Shown: positions 54,201 through 64,000 of the stretch, one piece after another
Numbering within the stretch: position 1 is the stretch's first letter
Layout: every line of letters starts with the position of its first letter
DNA from: Psilocybe cubensis
Lineage: Eukaryota
Reading direction: 5' to 3'
Length of the DNA stretch: 64,000 nt
Assembly: GCA_017499595.2 (NCBI GenBank)
Contig: CM039003.1
Location: 868,001 to 932,000 of the forward strand
Program-made: the position numbers and the translations under genes
The notes under the pieces: model-generated
What the model saw: the letters and a program-made list of their open reading frames with translations, nothing else
What the model was told of the DNA's origin: nothing
Databases searched by the model: none

Positions 54201-55796
54201 AATAAGATTGCTCTGTCGGCCATCCTGCTTGACCACTCGAAAGGCACGTTCCTTCGTGCACTCACGATTACGTTGCGCGTCGCGCTCTAATTCTCGAGGT
54301 AGTCGTGAGTACGCCCAGAAAAGGAGACCCCACGCCTCCTTCTGTGCAGACGGCAGCGCTCCCGCGCATTCCCGGAGAACAAGGACGGCAAATCGTATAC
54401 ACTGAGAGCTGAGGAAAATGCGATGTCCCAGAAGTGCGATGAAGCACGAAACGACAGTAAGCGTAAATGGTAGTCCAAGGTGCCGCCATTGAGGCTTGTT
54501 GTAGGCGGCTGATCTGAAGAAATCAACAAGGGCGGATGATTTGCCTGACGGAGTCCGCCTTGACATTCTGTCAATCACGTAGACTTCAACGTGTTTGCTA
54601 ACTAGGTCAGTCGGGAAAGCGTCGATATCGACATCGGCCATTTCCATTTTGGCGTTGGTAAATCCAGTGCAAGCCAGGGCGGCATGAATCGCAATTTCCG
54701 GCGAGTCAGAATCGATGTGTGTTAAGATCTTGGGTAGAAGACCGACTAGCCATGAACTGCAAGTGGGATGTTTTTTAAGTATGGAACGAACAGCCTAGAT
54801 GTAAAGGTCAGAATGTCTGAGCATAGTAACACTAAGGGGTGAACACACTTTAAAAGCATCCAATTTAGCAATATATCCTCCCAAGTCATGAGAGATTGAA
54901 TTTTCCAAGGCGAGCATGATTTCGCCTTGTAAAGGTAGTAAAACAGATAACGGCAATTGCTGGACTTTGAGGATCCAAACAACCATTGCCGAATGCTTCT
55001 CTAAATTGTAAATGGTGGAACTTGGTGATTTACAGATGCGCAGAACATAGTCAAATATCAATACAAGTTGATTGTCTATAATGCTAAACATTAGTATCAA
55101 AAAATTGTTACTACAAAGGATAGGCGTACCGGTAAAATTACAATGCATGTTGGGAAACGTGAAAATATCAGATACAAAGCGTAGAGCATATTGGCAAAGC
55201 AGGTTGTTGTCAGTCGTGAATTCAAGTTCGTCATCATCATCGGCCTCTTGTTCTGTATAAACTGAAATATTGCCCAGGGAATGGTTGTAATGCTGTGACG
55301 CGAACGGATTCGGCAGCACTCTTCCAATGTCCCGCACGAGGCAATCCGATAACACCTCCGCTTCGTTTTGAATGACGGTTAAAACAGATGGTGTTACACT
55401 GATTTCGTCAAATCGGTCCCGCAGTTTTGTTGCAAGACTGTTATAGGCTTCAACAAGATCATGCGTTGATACATCGTGTGTGCCAGGTTCCTTCAGTGAC
55501 TCTTTCAAAGTCCGGATCGGAGAAGCGAAATACGTTGACGGCAGCGGTGTAGGGTTGGACGGTGCCCCTGAGTTATTCGTGACTTTATTCATGCAGGGTT
55601 GGGTCGTAGGGACGATAGATACGCTTCCGGTAGAGTCACATACGTTCCTACGTTCAGAACAGGCAGAAGAGTTGAGGGATAGCGAATGTTTCACTTTAGG
55701 CTTGACTTTGAGGGACCTAGCGGTGTTTAAAGGGTCAATGCTTCGAGGCGAGTTGAATATATGCCCGTCTGATAAGATTGAATGCGAGCGTTTCAT
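51258..55796 (-). CDS. Divergent Rif1-like protein, copy 2
   Basis: DLVEAYNSLATKLR, LVRDIGRVL and VWILKVQQLP..VL.P align by eye, in order, with copy 1; AFYNFWQATY matches SFLDYWKLTY; start codon uncertain. Confidence 0.65.
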
Positions 55797-56883
55797 AATC
55801 ACACAGCCTTGTGATGTCCCGTTGGGGTCTTTGAAGTTGTGTCCTTCGACGATACGATTGAGGGCTAAGAGGATCAATCAAGGGCACCCACGACGTCTTG
55901 TTACAAATAACAACAACCCTGGCGTACAACAACAGATAGCATCCTCTTTCTTCCCCGCCACCGTGTCCACTTTCCTACTATCCTCCTTGACAGGCTCCTT
56001 AGCTACACGTCGACGTTGAACGAAGAAGGAACTCGGAGATTGCTGGGAATCGATGTGATGCTCGCAAAATCCTCGATAGTGGAATGCTCTGCAGAAAACT
56101 CCCCAAGCACCTATTTAACTGGGAGGCCTGAGGTGATTAAGTAAATTAAAGGATGATGAGAGAGTAGAAGAGAGTGTTGAGTCAGTATGTGTGTACTTAC
56201 TCTGTGCAACATCTGTCACTTTGACTTCAGTAGTGCCGGCAATCCGAAAAGAAGTAACGCACGTGACTTTGTTTATAGCATTCCCACGGTCTGATCAGGG
56301 TCGTTTTTCGTTAACACAAAGTTCCCGTTTGCCACTGCGCACCTGTGCGATGCTCAGGGATTGTTATTTGGCACCGACAAACTGACCAATTTTTCGAGTT
56401 CAGGCCTCACACTTCAACTGAACTTTTCGGTGTCCTTTTGAGGTTCAAGCCAAGGCCGAAGTTCTCCAAACTTAGACTCGACAAAGTTGTTGAAAGGTTC
56501 AATCTCAACAACAACGTTCACAGAGGCTAATTGATTAACGAGTGGGTTTCGCTGCACAATTACTAGTCTGGGTCTTATTGGTAAATCATGGAGAAAATGT
56601 ACTGCTGAAGCTCCGCACTCGGCTTGACAATGTCGGACGCATTTCCTGGGCTGATGCACATCCAGCCCGAATTCTACTTGCAATGAACGACTTGTCCCGC
56701 TCCTCCGTTCTTCCGACGATCCAGTCTAAGACTCATTGGCTCCTATCGGCTGGTATAAGGCTACTCTTGCCAGAAGCAATACCCACTTTCTTCCATCAAG
56801 GAGTCTTTTTTTTTACCTCATCTGCTCCATTATCAAGTACCTCTCGTCCAAGGATACCACTAGTACTTTCACTTTCTCCGGCC

Positions 56884-57549
56884 ATGCTGTTCTGCTACTT
56901 TACGTTGCCGTCTCTCTTTATTGCCGTCCTATCATTTTGTTATGGTGCACTAGCTGGTCCTTGTATGCCATGTCAAGCTTCGAATAGGAGATATACCCCT
57001 TGGGATCGAAGAATCACCATTCCCCGCGGGGTTTACAGCCCGAACATCACGAATCCTACCGGTCGTACGGTCTGGATTGGAGGCACCGATGTTGTTGTTA
57101 CGTGGTACGTTTGTTCCGCTGAAACATTTGCGCCTTCACTTGTGCTGATCACTCTGGGACCTCAACGACAAAGGGATCACGATGACATGCCTGCAAAGCC
57201 CGCAAACCCCAAAGGAACGTTGCTATTGGGATACCTAGACGATGGAAGCGAAGACGAACATTTGGATGTCGGTGAGCATTCACCTCTTTTCAACAGCTTC
57301 TAAGTCCCCGGATGTCCTCTAAATAGCTCGCACATATCAGAACACCCGCTGGCGGCAGACTTCGATCTCAAAAAGGGGTTCGTTACCTTCAAGTGTCCAG
57401 AGGTTGTTGAACGTGAACAATACATTGTCGTTTGTGAGTTTGAACTCATAGCGCGCGCTAACAGTCTTCTTCGTCCGCTGAATTTTTTTCTTTTATTAGT
57501 AGTCGGCAACTCTGGAAATCGCAGTCCAACTTTCAAAATCAAAAATTAA
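56884..57549 (+). CDS. Secreted Kre9/Knh1-like protein C
   Basis: Signal peptide; PNITNP...VW...VVVTW|D, LLLGY...EHLDV|EHPLAADF, LVGNSGNRSPTFKIKN*. Confidence 0.8.
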
Positions 57550-58687
57550 TATCAAAAATTCCCTTGTCATGACTCTGGATGTCTTAATGCTTAACTGTTG
57601 TGTAATGTACCCTACGATTGTCTACGTTATTTTAAATGGACTCTTTTTGTTTGACGCTCGTTTAAAGCTTATACCTCGATCCGTGGGCCAAACGTTTACA
57701 TACAATCGCCGGCGGTAAAAACTGAAAATTTTTAACGCCAGTTATGGTTTAATCGACAGGGATTACAACGTGCATCGGTGAATCTGGGTACTTACTACTT
57801 GGTACGCCTGATGCGTCTATACGTTTATGAAACTATGTTTAATAAACATGGTCAAAATTCTATCTTCACGGTAATGACCCAAGGAACACTTCAAAGTTGC
57901 GCTTCAGATTCTTTTGTTCGTTCTGTGGGGATCAATGACGATGCGGTGACTTCATTTTGCTCATCCTTCTTTGTATTCTGGACTCGAGGCAGGTCGATGA
58001 TCATCCTTTTATACTTCCAGCTTGTTGAATTACCTTATTTTCATAAAGACCGCTAACCAGAATTATATACCAACAGGTTCCTCTATTTTCAAAACGGCCT
58101 ACTATGAGGTAAAATAGTAACCTTGTAAGGAGGACAGTGACCTCTCTCCTCTCTCCTGAACGTGAATTTCTCTACATACAACATCCATTATCTGACGGAA
58201 GCCGAAGCCAATCAGACGCCAGGCAGGCAAACGCCGTCGCCCAGGGGGAGAGGGTGGGTTCCGCCATATCTCATATGTATCTTAACCCTCAAATGCAATT
58301 TTTGCGAACAAAAGGAAGATCTGCGATGTGGCAACCCAGCCTCGTGCATGCGCTGTACCGCCTGGCTGGCTGGCTGCATGCTCTCGAAAGTCTTCTGCGC
58401 TTCTGAGGGCCCATCAGAGGCAAGAAGGACAAGGGCCATACTCTTCGCCGCACTGGCACATACATGATACCTCCGCCCCAACAGCAACTCGACGCTCGAC
58501 GCGTATAAGAGGAAAGTGGGGGGACGCACCACCAAGTTTCCCCAGTACCACCACCACTACTAATTCCATTCTCCTCCTCTCTCGAAACGAACACTTCTTC
58601 GCTTTTCCTTCATACACACACACACACACCCGCGTTTATCGCATCTTGTTCTTGTTCTTGTTCTATTAATTTTAGTTTCCCTCCATC

Positions 58688-59502
58688 ATGCAATTCACCA
58701 CCTTCTTTACCGCTCTCCTCGCCGCGACCGCCTCTGTAGTAGCCGCGCCAACGCCAACGCCAACGCCAACGCCACTCAAATCCCCCCAGGAGCTCATCGT
58801 CTTCAACCCCCCTATCACATCGCCCAAGTCGTCTTCCGCATGGGCAAAGGGGTCAGAGCAAATCGTCGAATGGGGTGAGTCCGCTGCTGCTCTTGGTCAG
58901 GACTCACAATTCCCGCCTGCACCACCTGCCTTTCTTCGGCCTCTTTGATTACTTACATATTGATGTGTTTTAATTTAGAAATCACCAATATCCCGGAATC
59001 AAGAGTCAACTCGACTGGTACCATCGTCCTCGGATATTCCGCATCAGAGAACGGCAACGAGCACCTCGACATCGGTATGTCCTCATCCTCAGCCCAGCCA
59101 ACTCACATTTGAATCGCTAATCGCAACAATTATACAAACTAACTTAACACGGTACCATTACAGCGCATCCTCTCGCGACTGATTTCCCAATTAAACAAGG
59201 ATTCATGAAAGTAGTCATGCCAAAGAACATCGCCGAACGGAATGACTACTTCATCGTTCGTAAGTAGCCATTACTCTCCTTCTCCTTCTCCTCCTCCTCC
59301 TTCTCCTTCACCCCCTCTTTTTTACCCTCATTTTTTTACTTCACAAACGCATGACAAACTTGAACTTACATTACCTTTTTTCAAAGTGTTTGGCGATTCT
59401 GTAAGCTCTTGACATTTCTTTTTTCTCCTGATCAATGAAAATCTCATTCGTTGTGAATTTCGGGAATAGGGAAACCGATCCCCAAAGTTCAGGATCCACT
59501 AG
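58688..59502 (+). CDS. Secreted Kre9/Knh1-like protein D
   Basis: Signal peptide, PTPTPT, PPITSP...W|E, IVLGY...EHLDI|AHPLATDF, 14-nt micro-exon 59387-59400 (LFGDS), GNRSPKFRIH*. Confidence 0.82.
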
Positions 59503-59884
59503 TAGGAATGCCGCCACCTTGAGCTACGAGCTTTCGAACCATCCTCTTCGACGATGTACTCAGTACAACTACAAGATGATTGTCGCCGTCCCATGAATCC
59601 ATTTCACGCCGCTAATACACAACGATTCCCAATGTGCCGCTACCGACTTTTTTTATATATAATTGCAAGCTGCTTATGGTTTATTACCATCAGCTATCTC
59701 ATTCACTTACGACTTACGCACCTCATGTACTCTCTCTCATTAACGTTATCATTCGTTACATACAATACTCAATATACGATAATGTCCATCACTCCGAACT
59801 ACTTACTATCGAGTAAAGATTTTGAGAAATTCTACGGTTAAGGAAAATGTGTCAGCTGTATCATCATAAAAAAGTAATGATATT

Positions 59885-59993
59885 CCCCCTCGTATACTCA
59901 ATCAAGAACCCCCACTGGCAGCTCAGTGCTTCAGAATATCCAAAGCACCGGGGGTCTTTCAAGAACGCTATAGCACAAGGGTACCGATAGGGG
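59885..59993 (-). ncRNA. Putative intronic structured RNA, unit 1
   Basis: 5' arm CCCCTATCGGTAC pairs with 3' arm GTAT-A-CGAGGGGG; internal GACCCCCG/TGGGGGTT and GTGCTTTGGA/TCTGAAGCAC stems; inside predicted intron 60028-59832. Confidence 0.5.
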
Positions 59994-60320
59994 CATCTTA
60001 TTACATTAAGATCAACGTACATACATACCATGGATCCAATGGTGTACGAAAGAAGAACCTCAGTTTCTGAAGTGAATCCTGGAAATGCCTCCACACATAC
60101 TCAGATGCCGCTGCGGAACTCGATAGAGCCATGCATACCACTAGTGATGCGTGGCCGCGATAGGGGATCATATCCAACATGCCCAAAGTAACAGCAACAC
60201 CTACTTCGCGTACACCGGGTAATACTGAACCAAGCAAGCAAATACCTAAAAGTATACAGTAAACGTGTTAGCACATCCGCGTCGGTCTCCAAAGGAGATA
60301 TAACCACAAAACAAGATCAA

Positions 60321-60367
60321 GAAAAAAAAGTAAAAGAAAAAAAAAGAAAAAAAGAAAGAAAAAAAAA
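60321..60367. repeat. A-rich tract (U-rich polypyrimidine on the minus strand)
   Basis: Near-pure A/G run between the unit 2 3' arm and the branch point. Confidence 0.7.
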
Positions 60368-60373
60368 CATAGA

Positions 60374-60786
60374 AATCCCCCCGTACACACACTCAAGAAC
60401 CCCCATCAGATGGACCTTCTCCAAAGTATCGCAGCTACCCGCCACACACTCCGTCCTATACCGCTCAACACATGACCATCCTCATCCAGCCTCTCGGTAT
60501 TACTATTAGTAGGAAGGAGACCCGGCCCGGGTCCATGGTATACACGTCATCCAAAGCAGCCCAGCGCAAAGCGCCGTGCCACATCGCGCAATGGGGCAAA
60601 CCAAACCAAAAAAAAAAGTACAATCGGTGCATTCTTTTTTTATGTCCTTGTGTCCGACTGTATTAATTGTAGATGCTTAACACGCCATGTTATAGCATAA
60701 CAACAGCGTGAAAGCTGTTCTCGTCAGAAGCACTGAGAGCTTCAATAACACGTCGAATTACGACGCGTGTGTGCCGATAGGGGATT
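60374..60786 (-). ncRNA. Putative intronic structured RNA, unit 2
   Basis: AATCCCC-TA-TCG-GCACACAC pairs with GTGTGTGT-A-CGG-GGGGATT; inside predicted intron 60850-60246. Confidence 0.5.
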
Positions 60787-61369
60787 GATGTTGAAAAACA
60801 CAAAATTTTGAAGTGGGAAAAGAAAATGAGGTGAAAAAGGTGAAACTCACCTTAAGTTAGAGACAACATAGACAAAGCGCGGCATAGGCGCAACAGGCGT
60901 TCTATCAGAGTGGAGACATGGTCCAACAGTGCCGCCAATGAGTAAACAAGTGAGAGTACGAGGTAAAGTAAAGAGGTGAACCGAACACGAAGCCTTTTTA
61001 AACTCGCTGCCCAAGATTAAAGCTGAGCTTGAAATCGATCACGACAGGAAGTGAAACTGTGAACCATTGAATGACATGTAATTTACGTGCAACTGCGGCA
61101 ATGTGCGCGCGTTGGCAAAGAGTGTTCTATCTACTTATATGTAACGCGACGCACTACTAAATACCGCATATATTCAACATTAGCAGAACGCAGGATGATA
61201 CCATAAGATAAAACTTGAACAAAATCATAACTATATGCGCATTGCGAAACCTAAATCCAACTCGATTAAATCCCTCTCAGAAAAAAATATGTACCGGATT
61301 CAACCCAATGTACACCCATCGGAATTTCTGTATGATTAGTGTCAGTGTCTGAGCTGACCACACCCATAG

Positions 61370-61435
61370 AAAGAAACAAAGAAAGAAATACAGAAAGAAA
61401 CAAAGAAAGAAAGAAAGAAAGAAAGAAAGAAAAAA
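61370..61435. repeat. (AAAG)n-type microsatellite
   Basis: Imperfect AAAG/AAAC run. Confidence 0.85.
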
Positions 61436-61454
61436 CCGCAATGATAATGGCGAT

Positions 61455-61954
61455 GTAACCCCCCTCGTACGTCCCATCACAAATCCTCCAATATCACACA
61501 GAAGAAAAGGCACAGGAAAACGCATACGCAATGACGCATATACACATACGCATACGCATACACACATACGCATACACACATACGCATACACGCAATGACG
61601 CATATACGCATACACATATACGCATACACATATACGCATACGCATACACATATACGCATACAAATCCCACACCCAATCCACCAGTAAACCTGACAAAAGT
61701 CAGGCATACTACCATAAGCAAGTTCCCAACACAAACCAAATCACAATATACCATCGTGTCAAAGCAATTGCAAGTCGGCTTGGTTCAGGAACTGCGGTAC
61801 GCCGCCGACGTAATCATCGAGGCGGTTGGAGGGGTTTTATGATGATCACAGTGCAAGCGATAGATCACAGGAATATATATCCGTGTCATTGTTCGCTTTG
61901 TGCATTGCCACGCCTTTGTAGAAGCTAGGCGCGTGGACGCCGATAGGGGGTTAC
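61455..61954 (-). ncRNA. Putative intronic structured RNA, unit 3
   Basis: GTAACCCCC-TA-TCG-GCGTCC pairs with GGACGT-A-CGA-G-GGGGGTTAC; inside predicted intron 62022-61328. Confidence 0.5.
61521..61662. repeat. Compound (CATACG/CATACA/CATATA)n microsatellite
   Basis: About 140 bp of alternating purine-pyrimidine repeats. Confidence 0.9.
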
Positions 61955-62390
61955 GTCTCGCGCATTGCGCATTGCAGATTGCGGGGTGGGGGGCAGCTGA
62001 CATGAACTTAAGGCGCACTCACCTTCCAGACACACGCTCTTCGGGGCATGAACTTGAGCTTGAGCTTGAGTCTTGGATAGATCATACAAAGCAACGCCTT
62101 GACCAGTTTACGACGAACGGTACATAAAAGTTGGAAGAAGACATATGTAAAGCATGAAGAAAAAACTCAATGGACCCGTGACCGTTAGGTCATGAATATA
62201 GTGACCACCGGAATTAGACGCCGAACCACAATCGCATCTACGCGACTTGCAATTGGGGAAATTATGTTACGCGACAAAACGCGCTGATGATTGTTTGAAG
62301 CATCGCTCACCGAGAATCCAGTTTACAGCTGATATCCCACTGCAATAGATATTCCACAACATACAAAAAAAAAAATAGGTGGTATCCAAC

Positions 62391-63940
62391 TCAAAGCTTC
62401 GCCTTCTCCACCTCCTTCTCCTTCTCCTTCTTCGCCGCCGCCTCAAGCATATCCTTCACCTCCGTCGCCGCCTCCGCCAAATAATGCTTCAACACCCTCC
62501 CATCAACCCTCTCCCCAAACCTCGAATATCCCCCCCTCAAATTCGTAATCGTCCACCTAACATAATCATCCCCAATAGCATACGCAACTCCATACCCATC
62601 CTCCACCACCTCGCCGTACCCCCACCCGCTGAAGTAGGGACTGCTCAGCTGGCTCGTGCTCAGTTCCCAGTGGTTTGATTTGCTGAATGCGCCGTCGGTG
62701 TATAGTGCTGGCACGGGCTCGGTGGGTTGGAGTAGCTTTTTGAGCCCGAAGAGGTGCCGGTCGACGCCGGCGCCGTCAGCGGCCCACGAGGCGTATTGGA
62801 TATGTCGCGCCGCCGCGCGCGTGAACAGAGATTTCAGGTAAACCGGGTCCTACATTCGTATATATAATGTGAATACATGTCCTGTAAACCTGGGAAGAAA
62901 ACACGTACGGTGATTTTAGGATCCAGCATAGCCTCAGCCCACGCTTTACTCTCATTACTCGCGCTGCGGATAACCTCCGTGCGCCCGAGCTGGTACTTGC
63001 GCGTCTGTGCGCTCTCGTACGTCACACCCGGCCGACCGTTCATCTTATGGAACGCGAGCTGCTTGATGAGCTGCGCGGTCGCGTCTGGTGACGTTTTATG
63101 GTGCTTGGTAAAGTTCTTGCCAAAGCCTTCGTAGTGCAACACCTATAGACCAACCATCAACATCAGCAAGTCATGATAAGAAAGAAAGAAGAGAAAAGAA
63201 AAAACACGTACCTGCAGATCATGCTTCCCAACAAGCTCATCAAACCTCTTTTCCGCGCCTTGCACCAGACCCTTAACCTTCTCATCCAACTCAAACACCA
63301 ACTCCTCCACCACGGGCAACTTCTCCCCATCCACCCCCTCCGGACCCAAATCCACCTTCCCCTGCGCAAGCGCCGCAAGCACAAACTCATTCATCCTCAA
63401 CGTCGGCGTCCCATCCATACACGAGTGCTCACCAAGGAACCCCGAGCGCCCATTCTCATACACCACAAGCTGATGCTTATCATACCACCGATTCCTCCCG
63501 TCGCCCACCCAGGTGCCCCAGCTGATGTCTTCGCGCGTGATGGGCTTGCTGTCGTCCAGCGCAAGCACAATCATCGCGCCCTCGATCTTCCTCAGCAGCT
63601 CCGCGTTCCTTCCCGAGGGCGATGCCGCAAGCAGCGCTTGACGCGCGTCGGCCCAGAGGTCGCGGTTGTCAGCGGTCAGCGCGCCGACGGGGTACGCGTA
63701 CGGCGTCTCCCCTGCCCGTGCGATGATATTGTTCAGCTGCGCCTCGAGCTCAGCAGCGGAGAGCTCCGCGCCGGAGGTGTTGGTGAGCGGGACGAGGAAG
63801 AAGCGGTTCTTCCGAAGAACGATGATGTGGTTGTTAGACTTTGCGTCGAATTTGGCGGCGGTGTCGGATGGCTTGACGGGGTATCTGGAGGAGTGGAACA
63901 GCCATTTGTACGAGGCCATGCACAGGGGCGCACCCCGCAC
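62391..63940 (-). CDS. CAT2: Carnitine O-acetyltransferase (Cat2-like), 3' part; 5' end lies beyond the window
   Basis: NRWYDK, catalytic EHSCMDGTP, SPDA, TYESAQTRKYQLGRTEVIRS, GVDRHLFGL, LSTSQL, GYGVAY; C-terminal PTS1 AKL*. Confidence 0.92.
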
Positions 63941-64000
63941 TTTTTCAGGTTCCAGCCGGCCACTTTTGGGTGTGCACGCAGTCAGAAAATTGGATATCGG

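Noticed and set aside
61277-61842. Several ORFs rich in C/V/Y/M or H/T/Y
   Set aside because: Translations of the microsatellites, not proteins.
59885-61954. Canonical C/D snoRNA, tRNA, TPP riboswitch, hammerhead ribozyme or CRISPR reading of the repeats
   Set aside because: No terminal RUGAUGA/CUGA pair, no cloverleaf, no TPP or hammerhead core seen, and spacing is irregular in a eukaryotic context. An atypical H/ACA RNA is not excluded.
1-64000. Secondary-metabolite or RiPP cluster (PKS, NRPS, terpene synthase, MSDIN or borosin precursors)
   Set aside because: No backbone enzyme or such precursor motif was recognised in the window.

Overview
Gene-dense eukaryotic DNA from an agaric-type basidiomycete (short GT-AG introns, CTRAY branch points, a basidiomycete-style pheromone precursor); the species cannot be fixed from the sequence alone. 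About 19 protein genes can be read: HUA1-like, TPR/RPAP3-like co-chaperone, DEAH helicase (Dhr2/DHX33-like), the cohesin loader Scc2/NIPBL, CRAL-TRIO, F-box-like, PPPDE-thioredoxin-PUL, a 37-aa CaaX pheromone precursor missing from the ORF track, MARVEL-like, two divergent Rif1-like paralogues, a C2-NACHT-WD40 NLR-like gene, EMC8/9, four paralogous small secreted Kre9/Knh1-like proteins, cyclopropane fatty acid synthase, and a partial peroxisomal carnitine acetyltransferase. The most unusual signal is non-coding, at 59.8-62.0 kb. Three oversized minus-strand introns in apparently non-coding host transcripts each enclose a related RNA element. The element is closed by a conserved, covarying stem (CCCC-UA-UCG...A-CGR-GGGG), with a shared UGGRGG-led segment just inside the 3' arm. 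This may be an undescribed intron-hosted structured RNA family. Gene boundaries were read by eye and product names come from recognised motifs, not database searches.
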